NCBI RefSeq assembly: GCF_009914755.1
Contig: NC_060948.1
Origin: the human T2T-CHM13v2.0 reference genome, Homo sapiens
Strand: one strand, 5' to 3'
DNA: 64,000 nucleotides
The notes beneath the pieces were generated by a model. That model did not search any database. It saw only the letters and a program-made list of their open reading frames with translations, and was not told the origin of the DNA. The position numbers were made by a program, and so were the translations under genes. Shown here one piece after another: positions 1 through 16,493 of this stretch (positions are counted from its first letter, which is position 1; each line of letters opens with the position of its first letter).

Positions 1-2604
<2,604 letters not shown>

Positions 2605-2690
2605 TCATATATATGGTTGTTGTGATTACCCTACAAAAGTAAGATTGACTGCCACACTGAATTTGGTTTGGTTGTTGAAGCTGATAATTT

Positions 2691-2729
2691 TACACACACG
2701 CACACACACGTACACACACATACACACAC
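2691..2729. repeat. Imperfect (CA)n microsatellite
   Basis: tacacacacgcacacacacgtacacacacatacacacac. Confidence 0.9.
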
Positions 2730-3003
2730 CAAGGAGATATGAAAAATTTGTTGCTTGAACAATGAGGCTTTCTGGTAAGGGAAAAACATCTCAAGGATAT
2801 GAAAATAGGTGACACTTCAAGGAAAGACTGACTTGGGGCTTTTAATGTGATAAGGGGCTGGAGTTGGTATGCTTCTGGCTACCACCCAAGGAGGGAAGAC
2901 CCAAGCTTGTGTACCTGATTACCCTGATGTGAGGCAGAAGAGAAAAGGGAGTGGCTGAAGCTCAGATGCTATCTGCAGTCAAATATCAGAAAAAGGGAGT
3001 GCA

Positions 3004-3290
3004 GGCTAGATGTGGTGGCTCACACCTATAATCCCAGAACTTTGGGGGGCCAAGGCAGGAGGATTGCTTAAGACCATGACTTTGAGACCAGCCTGGGCAA
3101 TTTAGCAAGAGCTCTCTCTCTCTACAAATACTAAAAATAATTTAAAAATATATATTACTTGGGCACGGTGGTGCATGCCTGCAGTCCCAGCTACTCCAAA
3201 GGCTGCAGGAGAAGAATATTTTGAGCCCTGGAGGTCAAGGCTGCAAGAATCTATGATCACAGCACTTTTCTGAATCCTGGACAAGTGAGA
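3004..3290 (+). mobile_element. AluJ-type SINE
   Basis: ggctagatgtggtggctcacacctataatccca...gaggtcaaggctgca; two monomers; tail replaced by (AAAG)n. Confidence 0.9.
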
Positions 3291-5270
<1,980 letters not shown>

Positions 5271-6058
5271 GTGGATTCCAACCCTTTATTGCAGCCATGT
5301 ACACAGATGCATGAAACCGTGCTAACTGGATGTTCAGAAGCCATCAGGTGAACTGAACACCATATAGGTAGAACACATAGCCACCACAGACAAAGGAAAA
5401 AACATTCTGAAAGGAGCTGAGAAGTGAGATGAAGAACCCAAGATAATATCCCTGAAGGTTTCACCAAATCAGAAACCGTCTCCCTCTGTTGGTGTATTAC
5501 ATGAGATAAATAAAAATTGCCTTTATTACTGAAGTTAGTCATTGAGTAATCTCTACTTGCATCAAATGACATCCTAGGTTTTTCACTATCATTTTTTCAC
5601 CTTGTCTTTTTTTCAAGCTTTCTTGATTTCAACATAAAGAGTGACCCATAGTGATGGACCCATAGCGATGTCAGCTTAGTTCATCTCTCCTTGCATTTCC
5701 CTGCTTGAAGGATGGCCCCTTGTAACAAGAATTGCAATTAAAATGTTTTGCTTGTGCAAACCGTTTTCTGCAATTTATTTTTATTTTTATTTATTTTGCT
5801 CTTTCAAGCTCAGAAGAGTGTGCCTGACATCCTCCAGGTAATATTTCACTTCCCAATGCCTATTTAACAACACAGTGAGTTATAAAAAGCAGACAAATTG
5901 AGAAAAAAAGAGAGAATTATGCAAGTAAGAGAAAGATATCAACCCATCTGGAGGTAAGATAACCTTGTTTTGGTTTTGTGTGTTGAAGAGTCAAAGTTAA
6001 CGAGTAGATGTTTTCGGGACCCACACACACTGGATATTTACATCAAGTACATCACAAG

Positions 6059-6399
6059 TTTTTTTTGTTTGTTTTATTTTGTTTTTTTTGTTGTTGTTGT
6101 TGTTGTTTTTTTCAGACGGAGTCTCCCTCTGTTGCCCAGGCTGGAGTGCAGGGGCGCGATCTTGGCTCATTGCCAACTCCGCCTCCCAGGTTCACGCCGT
6201 TCTCCTGTCTCAGCCTCCCAGGCAGTGAGTAGTAGGTACTACAGGTGCCCGCCACCATGCCCGGCTAATTTTTTGTATTTTTAGTAGAGACGGGGTTTCA
6301 CCGTGTTATCCAGGATGGTCTCAATATCCTGACCTGTGATCCGCCCGCCTCAGCCTCCCAAAGTGCTGGGATTACAGGCGTGAGCCACCGCGCCCGGTC
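6059..6399 (-). mobile_element. AluY, full length
   Basis: ggttcacgccgttctcc and ccgtgttatccaggatggtctc diagnostics; CpG-rich; cacaag at both flanks (6053-6058, 6400-6405). Confidence 0.92.
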
Positions 6400-7969
6400 C
6401 ACAAGATTTATCTCAATATTTCAATTATATAATCTGTGATTTTAGTTAAGATATCAGTAAAGAATAATTATATCATATGTTTTCATGATAAAAATGTCAT
6501 GATTATTTTGCGAGACACATTGTGCAAACTCATTACTAAGGAAATGACAGTTAAAAATAGGAATGGTAACTAATGGAAAAAGTAAAAGTCACAACTTACT
6601 ACCATTGATGTTACAGATCCATATAGCTTGTAGTCAGCTTAGTGGATAGACTGCATACGTAACATTTACGTGGTAAGTAAAACTGCTCCCTCAAGTGTGT
6701 GTCCTCTTACATCCAACTCTGCATTATGGAAACAGGGAAAGTCTCATGCGAAAACAAGCCAAACCTTTTACAGTTCTGCAATGCACGGACCTGCTGCATA
6801 ATGCATAACATTTATATTTAACACCTATGTTAAATAGGTGGCTCATCTGTGGCTACATGGAAAAATGGAGTGTTTATTAATTTGTAGACAGGAGACACTT
6901 CCAACAACACACAGCTGGAGGCATTGAGTTTTTAAGGCAGCTTCCTTAATACAGCTGTTCTCTGGCTCTTGGCAGTTTAGAGACTGGCCTGCCAATTCAT
7001 CTTTAGCTGACCACAAATACTGCACATTTTTCAAAGCACTGGAGAGAATGGGTGGTTGATCAACCTAGCAGAAACATAAATTGCAGCTTGAATTAAAGCA
7101 TTATTAGTAGATAACGGTGATAGGCAGAGGTAGGATGGTTGGTTATTATTTGTCCCCCAGAAGCACATTTGAGTGCATCATAGTTCCTTGCTATGGTGGG
7201 CAGTGAAATCCCAATTTGATGTCCTGCAAGAACAGTACTCTGTCAGCGGGTGGTTAGACCACTGAGTGCAGAATCCACATTTGCATTTGCCTTTTGACTG
7301 TGTGCGGAAGAAAAACAACTAAAGGCACACTTTGGTCAGTGAGTTTTATTTTCCAATTCCTTAATTCTATTCAGTTATTATAATCATTTTGAACTTTTTT
7401 TCAATAAAATAAATTCATGGAGCTGAAAGGCTGCATGATGTTATCAGGAAACAGAATATTTCTTTGGTATCCTGGATGATTAAATGTGAATTTATTTGTT
7501 ATAATCTTCCTGAAGATTTAATCTGTCTCTAGTCATCTTATAGCAAAGTGCCAGAGAGAATCAGAGCTCTCTTCTAAAGAGAAAAATGAAAAAGGTTACA
7601 GACACTACCCCTGTAGCAACCTGTCAGAACAGGAGCATTTCTTGACTTTCAGATATTGTTCTTTTCCTTTCTTGTTTATTTATCCTGCATACCCATGAGA
7701 AAGAGCATTAAGATAGGAAGAAAACTCTGCCTGGAGTTTTCCATCTGACTGGTTTCTTCATTTCTTTCATTTTTTGATTATACAGCCATAATATTAGCCC
7801 TGATACAGTTTGTGCAAATAATAAATGAGACATGCTTTATTCTTGCATGTATAAATAAGTGAATGAAATTGGCCAACATAGGCTACAAGAATATTCCTGT
7901 CCTCCTCTGGACACCACTCCCCAAATTAATCTTGGTTAATATTGTTTTAATTAGAATTTTATCCCACAA

Positions 7970-8013
7970 CTTCCTTCTGATTAAATCCATTCTTCCTTCT
8001 GATTAAATCCATT
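7970..8013. repeat. Perfect 22-bp tandem duplication
   Basis: cttccttctgattaaatccatt x2. Confidence 0.95.
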
Positions 8014-9867
8014 TCTAGTAAAATAAGTGACAATGTAAACTTGGTAAAATATCATTTATAGTTATAAAAATAAAATGAAACATCCCTAAATGCAAGATAA
8101 GGAAAAGGGCATATCTTAATACATCTATGTATTTGTGATATTCAGACTGTTCCTTCACTATTTGTTGCTTCAGTCCATGCATGCTCACAATGCTATGAAA
8201 GTTTGGTAAGGAATTCTTGTAAAGTGACAACCCAAATTCATAGGGCATTTTTTATTATATAACAACAAATACAAGAACCTAGAGAGCAGGTGTTAGTGCT
8301 TGGTTTTTGGGGCTGGATCTCCTTTGAGCATGTCCATCATGGACACCAAGTCATAGTCAAGAAATAGGTGGTGAAAATACAGGAAGAGCAAGTCAGATAG
8401 ATGAGTTTTGAAACTTATATCTTGGTAATCAATGCTGACCTATTTATCTTTCTTGTTGCTGAACCAGCAGATTAGGCTTCCTTCTCACTAAAAATCCACT
8501 TTCCCAAATTAAATGTCACATTTAGTGTGAGGTTCTATATGATGGGTTTATCATGTTATCTCTGGAATTAAATATGAGAGTTGCAATACACCTGGTGTCA
8601 TGTAAGTATTTAATGAACAAAGTAAGTATTCGGTGAACAAAGAAATTTGTTTCACCTGCAGGGTGACTTCTCAGAGGGAAGAATCATGGGGGCTTTATGC
8701 ACCAAGCTAAGAGGATTGTTCCCGATTCTACAGCAACAAGGAGAATACAGGGCATACTACAAATATACAGAGTCCTGTTTTAGCAGCATTGCTCTAAGAC
8801 CTTATGAAAGAGAAAAAAAGAAGTATTTGCACAGTCAAGGCAGGAGAATCTAGGGTCCCTATGAGTGAAGATGAACTGAAAAGAGGGGTGAGAAATATGA
8901 AAGAGAGAGAATTCATGGGACCTGAGTGTGAGTCAAGGAGTGGCCATCCCACTGATGTAATTGGATGGTGGTGTCATTGCTATTGGTAAACCTGAAGAGG
9001 ACAGAAGTAAATTTAAGTATAGTACATTTTGGTGTGAACACAAGCCAGTCTAGCTCCAACTAGACATGGCTAGAAGATATTTACAAAATGTTTTTGCATT
9101 CAGGAGAGACATAGAGACAGCAGGGAAGAAGTCTGCATATAGGTAAAGGCATGTGTGTATGCATGCAAAGAGGGACTGAATGTAATCTTTTAAACTAGGA
9201 AATCTCTAAGCTAATTACATTAAATCACACATGTACACCATCCTTAGCAATGTTTTTCCAATGCTTAAACAAGGGCTGATATGTACCTAGTGAAACCATG
9301 GACAAAATTTTGTAAAAGATATCTCTATGTGATCTCTTTAAACCTTGGTGTTGCATTTTGAAATTTAATGTATGCAGTGAAGAGCTACAAATAACATATG
9401 CTTTTTGACTTTGCAAAATAGAAAATGGAACTGATACCTGGAGGTTTCATTCTAATTCTGTTGTTTTTTTCCAGGACAGCATCAGAAGGTTTCTATCAAG
9501 GGGCAAGAAAGAAGTCATTTCACATTTCTCAAAACCCATTATTTAGGGATTAGTCAATGATCTTGTTTGCAGGGTGAGAATTTGGGAGATTGTTACAGGA
9601 TATTGCTCAATCAAGACAACAAGTAATATAACCCATTGTCATTCTGAATTCATACATTTCTTGAGGAGGAAATAACATGTGAAGTGGAAAGATATATTTT
9701 CATCAATTCATTTTTCCTATGAGTATATAACCTGCTAGACAGTTTGTACCCTTATCTCACTTCATCTTTTGCACAAATCTATTAAATGAATGGAAGTACA
9801 CAGCTATTCAGCAAATTACTCCCAGGTGCAAAGATACAGTATGTGAAGAAATCATCATAGGCAGCCT

Positions 9868-10023
9868 GATACCTTACTCACAAATCCACTGATATTTTGC
9901 ATCAGATGATTTTTTTTGTGGTGGGGACTGCCCTTTGCATTGTAGGATGATTTGCAGCATTTCTGGCCTCCACACTCTAGATGCCAGTAGCAGTACCTCT
10001 GCCAACTTAAAGATGTGACAATT
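9868..10023. mobile_element. MER20 (hAT-Charlie) DNA transposon, first part
   Basis: gcattgtaggatgatttgcagcatttctggcctccacactctagatgccagtagca resembles MER20; continues at 16087-16186. Confidence 0.8.
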
Positions 10024-10089
10024 GGCTTGGCATGGTGGCTCACATGTGTAATCTTAGCACTTTGGGAGGCCCACATGGGTGAATAATTT

Positions 10090-10540
10090 TGCAGCCAGCC
10101 AAAAGCCCATGGGATGTGTGACTTCAGCATTCCACCAGAGGCTATATGATCAAACAGCAAACTGTTTATCATGAATGCATGATGTGGGCAAACTCATACT
10201 GCCCTGCCAACAAAAGGTTTGCTGAGGGACATCACTCCCCAGCCCTGGGCTCCTTGAAGTTATCTACTGAGAAAATTAGAGCCTATTGTTCAAAGGATGC
10301 AGTTCAAGCCTGCTGTGAACCATACAGCTGACTGACAATTACCCGACAATCACCCCCCTCCTTCTTGCTGTCTCTTTCACCTGATAGACACAGATGCCTG
10401 TTTAAACCTCAGCGCCCTTGTCCATTAGAAGCAAGGTTCCCCTGACCCCTCCTTCCAAATATACTCTTTTGTCTCTTGTCTTTTGTTCCCAAGTTTTCAC
10501 CCTTTTTGTTCAGTTCCCCTAGGTCCCTGTGGGTTTTACA
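10090..10540 (+). promoter_or_regulatory. 5' LTR (LTR3 family)
   Basis: gaggctatatgatcaaacagcaaactgtttatcatgaatgca shared with the 3' LTR. Confidence 0.85.
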
Positions 10541-10542
10541 AG

Positions 10543-10561
10543 TTGTGCTCGAAGAGGTGAC
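10543..10561 (+). other. Degenerate primer-binding site, tRNA-Lys3-like
   Basis: ttgtgctcgaagaggtgac compared with TGGCGCCCGAACAGGGAC, 2 nt after the LTR. Confidence 0.65.
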
Positions 10562-10749
10562 AGTCCAAACATGGGAGTTCCAGGACATGAACAAAGAACA
10601 TCTGCTCCAGCAAAGGAATTGAAATTGACAAGGCAAACGGGGACCCCAGGATGAGTTTGCCAGTGGCAGATATAAGGTCAGTGCCTTAAAGAGGTACTGA
10701 GAGCAGTGCTTTAAAGAAGTACTGGGAACGGAAAGTTTTCTGAATCATG

Positions 10750-11820
10750 GTAACAAGAGAAGAATTTCTCTATTGAAGAAAAACATTATGTGCAGTTTCT
10801 TAAAGTTCTGTTGAGACAGTCTGGAGCTCAGGTTCATTCTCAGGCACTAAGTAACCTTCTGCAGAAGCTACAAAATGTTATTATGCATAACCCATGGTTT
10901 CCACAGGCAGGCACTCTTGATGTGAGAAATTGTGATACAGCAGGAGGAGGATCAAAATAGGCTTATCAAAAAGGTCTTAAAGTTGATTCTTCTGTTTTCT
11001 CCACTTGGAGTTTAGTTTGTGCTGTACTTCTGCCATTATCTCCTTGTTATTCTCTGCAGCAGCAGGCTGAATCTCAAACTCTGAAAGAAACTGTTTTCCT
11101 TCCCATAGCTCCAATTGAAAATAAAAAACAGGAGAGGGAGGATAAAAATTGGTCTATACTGCCTCCTCCAATTGCCAAAACATCTGTACTGCCTCCTTCC
11201 ATAGCAGAAACAGAAACCCCAATACAGAGAATTTTACCCTTTGCTGCCATAGCGGGAGAGCCCTTAGGACCTTGTACTTTTCCTATTTCCATAAGGCCTG
11301 ATCCAAATAATTGACAGTAGTTTATTCATGAACACACCCCACTAGAATTATGTTGTTGAAGGAATTAAAAACTAGTGTGGTCAATAATACAGTACAAAGC
11401 CCATGGTTCCTGGAGGAAGGAATGTTAGATGTGGAACTTGGGGAACAAGTGGGGAGAAATCTTAAACAACATCAGGTATGAAGGCATCAGGTCCCAGTAA
11501 AATCTTTAATGTTATGGGCTTTAATTAGAGCAGCCTCAGCTCAGTTACACACAGAAGAGCCTAAAAAGAAGAAAGAGGAGAAAACATCACCTGCCTTATC
11601 ACCTCCTCTTCCCTCAGCCCCAATATCAACCGGCCAAAATAGCAAAGAGGAAACAGAGGTCTTACCTAATCCTCCACTTCCAATAGATAGGAAAGAAGAC
11701 AGAGAATATGCTACAGCTATCTGTTCATGTCTTAAGCAGGCAGTGCTAGAAGGAGAGCTCTTAACCTGCTCAGTAATGCAAAATCAACAAGGCAATCAGG
11801 TGTATATTTCTAAAAGATAA
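10750..11820 (+). pseudogene. gag: Betaretroviral gag remnant with two matrix domains
   Basis: HNPWFPQAGTLDV (~10885) and PWFLEEGMLDVEL..EQVGRNLKQHQ..LWALIRAA (11401-); stops and frameshifts. Confidence 0.8.
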
Positions 11821-12769
11821 GAAAAAAGGCATTGAAACTGTGTGGCTCAGAAAAGGCACAGTGGCAAGAAAGCTAGCAGCGACCATGGCCGCAAGGTTTG
11901 CCCAGGCCAGCAGCATGCCCCAGCAAAGGAGGGAGGGAGCAGCACAGGCAGGCAAAGCTTCTAAAAGTACAATGTGGCCACTGCCCAGGACCTGCACCAC
12001 TACCCTGTGGGTCTGCTGGAAGCCCATAGCAAAATTTCATGGTTACATCCCAGGCTATGATTCTCTGCTAAGATTTCAGTAAAAAGTAGGAATTTGAAGA
12101 ACTTCTTTTCTAATAATGGCCACTATTGTTATCTCTCTCCTATCCCTGATGTAGCTTTCCAAATACAATTTAAGTAAAACAGTAACCTCTGAAGGAAGAG
12201 AGATTGCAGAGGGCCCATGAATTAAGAGTAATTAAAAGCCAGGCATGTAAAAAAACACATTACCCTTTAAAAGAGAACTTTAAACCTAATTAAATGATAT
12301 TTTTTAAATTAGAAGGTAAAAATGTCGTGTTCTTCTCAGAAAGTGAAGAAAACCTGTATGTAAGTGTAGTGAAAACATATGCATGAATGACTGTCTTAAC
12401 CCATTGATTACAGAGAGTCTTTAATTTGCACTTGCTAAAAGAGTCCTAAATTGAGTTCCCCGGTTAGTGAGTCACTGTTTTCTAGACTGTCAGAATCAAG
12501 TTCACAAACTTGATCAGTCTGAAAACTCAATTACAAAATTTAAGCTATTTTGCCTGTGGCTTTAAGCACATGGTTAAAGTATATTATTTGAGTCTCTGCT
12601 TCTAGAGATGCTTTCAGGTTATCTTTTTAAACTTCTTGTTACTTATTTCAACTTGCCATCTTAGTGATTAATACAGTCAATTGCTAAGTTATGACCCTGA
12701 TATCATCAGGATTCCTTTAAGTAAAAGGCAATTTGAAGAGTTATTGCACTTACCCATACCTAATGCTTC

Positions 12770-13286
12770 TGTTGTAACCAAGCGAGTTATAGAGAAATGC
12801 CACACTTTGAGACTAATCCAGGAGTCCTTTATTAGCTGACAATGGAGAGATGGCTAATGCTTGAAATTCTCTCAGTCTTGAAGAAGGAGCTAGATTTTCT
12901 TTTATACTTTGGTTTAGAGAGGGGATTGCTTCAGCAATCTTACAGGCAAAAAAGTTGAAAAGACAAATGTTTACAGGAAAACAAACACCTCCAGGTGTGG
13001 GGGCTTCAAATTCTTCACAAGGTGATAGGTGTGGGGGCTCTGGGTGTTATATGCCAGACATAAGTGCAGGGACTTAAGAGTACTATCACCTGAGCGAATT
13101 CCTGGGAACTATGTACATAGCTTGCCACCCTACCTTATCAATTAATTGCACTCTTTTATGAGCTGAGAGTCTGCTTGCACAAATTAAGTCCTTGAGGAAG
13201 GGGGTGGGTAAGAAGCCATTAATGTCTTGCATATGAAGGAGCTGAAAGAGAGAGCCAGTCAAGTTAATACAAGTTAGTATATCACA
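12770..13286 (-). mobile_element. Solo LTR6-type (HERV-T/S71) LTR inserted in the HML pol RNase H
   Basis: TG...CA ends; minus-strand AATAAA near 12828; degenerate 4-bp TSD cttc/tttt; removing it restores PIPNA|LTLFIDGSG. Confidence 0.75.
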
Positions 13287-15030
13287 TTTTAACACTATTT
13301 ATTGATGGATCTGGTGAATATGGAAAAGCAGCAATCTAGTACAGACCACATAATTCAATCACTCGATCTGAGTTTACTAGAACTCAGAGAGCTAAGGTTA
13401 CTCTGTTTATTTATTAAATAACCTTTACAACCTTAAGCTCTCTCTCAACTTTCCAGCCTTATGTTGCAAAAATAGCCATCAATTTATGGGGTTGAGACTT
13501 ACTTACAGCACAGGGTATGAGACTTACAAATGAAAACTTTGATAACTCAGGATTTAAAATGTTGAAGAATATGGGATATCAGGGTGAAAAATGTTTGGGG
13601 AGATTTCTACAGTGAAATCCTAACCTGATATCAGTAACTGGAAAATCAGATAGAAAAGGGCTAGGACATCAGGATTTATGGCAGGGGTCATTAATATTTC
13701 TCCTCCGCCCACTGCCTCACTATTAGAATGTCTTAGTGACAAACCTATATGGGTGGATGAATGGCCCCTAACACAGGAAAAGCTAGATAAACTTTATCTG
13801 TTGGTAAATGAGCAATTGAATGCTATAGAAAAGTCCGTTAGCCCCTGGAATTCTCCAGTGTTCGTTATCCCAAAAAGGTCTGAAAGTAATAATGACTGCA
13901 GGAGTTTCAGCTCAACACTTAGAGCTAATTGCAATCATTCAGGTTTTACAGCTCACAGCTTCAGATCCTATCAACATTGTCTGTGATTCAGCTTATGTTG
14001 TAAATGTAGCCAGTCACATAGAAACTGCTACAGTTAAAAGTACACTAGACCTGCCAGGCATGGTGGCTCATGCCTGTAATCCCAGCACTTTGGGAGGCCG
14101 AGGCAGGTGGATCATGAGGTCAAGAGATCAAGACTACCGTGGCCAATATGGAGAAACCCCGTCTCTACTAAAAATACAAAAATTAGCTGGGTGCCGTGGT
14201 GGACACCTGTGGTCCCAGCTACTCAGGAGACTGAGGCAGAATAATCACTTGAACTCAGGAGGCAGAGGTTGCAGTGAGCCGAGATTGCACCACTGCACTC
14301 CAGCCTTGGGACAGAGAGAGACTCCATCTCAGAAAAAAAAAATAAAGAAAAAAATAAAAGAAAAAAGTACACCAGACCCAGAATTGCTTAATTTGTTTAA
14401 CTTATTCTCATATGCTTTATGCTACATGCCAAAGAGTTGAGATAGCTGGTCATGTACAGTGACATTGTCTGTCATCATTTGCTCATTTGGGAATATTTAA
14501 ACAATTAAAAATTGACAATGGACCTGCTTATACTAGTCATACCTTTCAAAATTTCTTACAGCTTTGGGCTATAACACATAAAACAGGAACTCCTTATAAT
14601 CCTAGCGGATAAGGCATTAAAGAATGGGCACATCAAACACTACAACGCATGTTGAAAAGACAAAAAAAGGGGGTATAGGAGGCCAGCTACCACCTCAATC
14701 AAAACTACATTTAGCCTTGTGTACTTTAAATTTTTTGACTCCTGGTAAGAATGGTGAGACTCCAGCAGAAAGACATTGGCAACTGTTAGGAGAAAAGAGA
14801 AAAGTTGGTCTGAAAGTGTCATGGAAATCCCCAGAAGAAGGACAATGGAAAGATACAGTGGATTCTCTGATGTGGGGAAGAGGGTACGCTTGTGTGTTTA
14901 CAGGAGATGGACAAACCACGTGGGTACCCTCAAGATGTGTGCAACCACAGAACAGGAGATGGAGGAACCCAGGGTGGCCAACCATGGGCCCAGTCATTCC
15001 AGTAAGAGCCATGATCCAGCTGGGCCTGAG
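13287..15030 (+). pseudogene. pol: Betaretroviral RNase H, protease/G-patch, RT N-terminus, RNase H and integrase remnants; RT core deleted
   Basis: LFIDGSG; INLWG*DLL...MGYQGEKCLG; PIWVDEWPL...[12 protein letters not shown]; [11 protein letters not shown]; KIDNGPAY...PYNP; WGRGYACV. Confidence 0.85.
14052..14362 (+). mobile_element. AluSc-like element within HML pol
   Basis: ggatcatgaggtcaagagatc diagnostic; 16-bp TSD aaaagtacactagacc / aaaagtacaccagacc (14036-14051, 14363-14378). Confidence 0.9.
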
Positions 15031-15180
15031 TGCATAGATGGAGAGAAGGCTGACCAGAGTCAAGACACAGTTCTAATGCTATGTTTTCTGTAAAAGTGGA
15101 TGGACCACCAGTCAGATAATGAGGGCTGCCCAGCCTGGCCTTACATTCTTTCAATTAATACATAAACAAAAAGGGGGATA

Positions 15181-15630
15181 TGCAGGGAGCTGAAGGCTGA
15201 TGGGATGTGACAAATTCAGCATTCTGCTAGAGGCTATATAATCAAACAGCAAACTATTTATCATGAATGCAGGATGTGGGCAAATCCACACTGCCCTGCC
15301 AACAAAAGGTTTGCTGAGGGACATCACTCCCTGGTGCAGCTCCTTGAAGTTATCTACTGAGAAAATCAGTGCCTATTGTTCAAAGGATGAAGCTCAAGCC
15401 TTCTGTGAACCAAACGGCTGACTTACAACTACCTGACAATCACCCCCCAACTTCCTCACTATCTATTTTTCCTAATAAATACAGAGGGCTGTGTAAAGCT
15501 CAGAGCCCTTGTCCAATAGAGGTAAGGTGACCCCTGACCCCTTCTTCCAAATAAACTCCTTTGTCTCTTGTCTCTTATTACCATGTTCACCCTCTCTTTG
15601 TTCAGTCCACAAGGGTCCATGCATGTTTCA
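15181..15630 (+). promoter_or_regulatory. 3' LTR (LTR3 family)
   Basis: Follows the polypurine tract; homologous to 10090-10540. Confidence 0.85.
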
Positions 15631-15647
15631 TCATTTGAGGTGGGTTC

Positions 15648-15847
15648 TTTTTTTTTTTTTGAGATGAAGTCTCACTCTGTTGCCCAGGCCGGAGTTCAGT
15701 GGCACAATCTCGGTTCACTGTAAGCTCCATCTCCCAGGTTCATGCTATTCTCCTGCCTCAGCCTCCTGAGTAGCTGGGCCTACAGGCACCTGCCACCACA
15801 ACCAGCTAATTTTTTGTATTTTTAGTAGAGATGGGGTTTCACTGTGT
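15648..15847 (-). mobile_element. 5'-truncated AluY inserted antisense inside the outer AluS
   Basis: taagctccatctcccaggttcatgctattctcc (AluY-type); imperfect TSD gaggt(gg/cagga)gttct followed by AA. Confidence 0.8.
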
Positions 15848-16086
15848 TGAGGTCAGGAGTTCTAAATCAGTATGGCCATCATGGTGAAACCCCATCTCTA
15901 CTAAAAATATAAAAAATAGATGGGTGCAGTGGTGGGATCCTGTAATCCAAGCTACTCAGGAGGCTGAAGCAGGAGAATTGCTTGAGCCTGGGAGGTGAGG
16001 TTGCAGTAAGCAGAGATTGCTGAACTGTACTCCAGCTTGAGTGACAGAGTGAGACTCCATCTCAGGAAAAAAAAAAAAAAAAAAAA

Positions 16087-16186
16087 AAAGATGTGACAAT
16101 TGGCATGTCTCCATGCAGTGCCAGGTGTCACTGGGGGTCAGCAGGGCTGAAGGGGCATGCAAAATACCCCAGGTTGACAATCATTG
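16087..16186. mobile_element. MER20, second part
   Basis: atgtctcca...tgccaggtgtcactggggg...aaaataccccaggttgacaatcattg. Confidence 0.75.
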
Positions 16187-16493
16187 CATTGGTTATTCAA
16201 GTAGACTAAAAACTAATACAGTAGTTACAAAGTATCCTATCAAGGGGGGAAATATTGTCATCCCTGGGGAATTTCTTGGTGTCATGAATTATCTGGCTGC
16301 ACCTCAGACATACAGTATTAGAATCTCTGGGACAGTGCCCAGTGATCTGTGTTTTTCAAGCCCTCTAGACACTTCTGATATTCTCTCAAGTTCAAGACCA
16401 ATTGTGTTAGAATCATGTGCTATATAGCACTCCACACTAGTATTTTCAAGGGAGGAGAGAAGGTGGGAAGAAAAGCAAAAAGAAAATGAGCAA

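Larger units (their letters stand above)
10090..15630 (+). mobile_element. Defective betaretrovirus-like provirus with LTR3-type LTRs (HERV-K HML-6-like), internally deleted and mosaic
   Basis: Homologous LTRs 10090-10540 and 15181-15630 (TG...CA); 6-bp TSD taattt/tcattt; Lys3-like PBS; polypurine tract aaaaagggggata at 15168-15180; gag, pro and pol remnants. Confidence 0.88.
10024..16086 (+). mobile_element. AluS split by nested insertions (pieces 10024-10089, 15631-15647, 15848-16086)
   Basis: 15-bp TSD aaagatgtgacaatt at 10009-10023 and 16087-16101, preceded by TT (L1 endonuclease site); Alu sequence resumes after the provirus. Confidence 0.9.

Noticed and set aside
13892-14440. 182-aa RNase H-Alu fusion ORF
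   Set aside because: Chance read-through from a pol remnant into an inserted Alu
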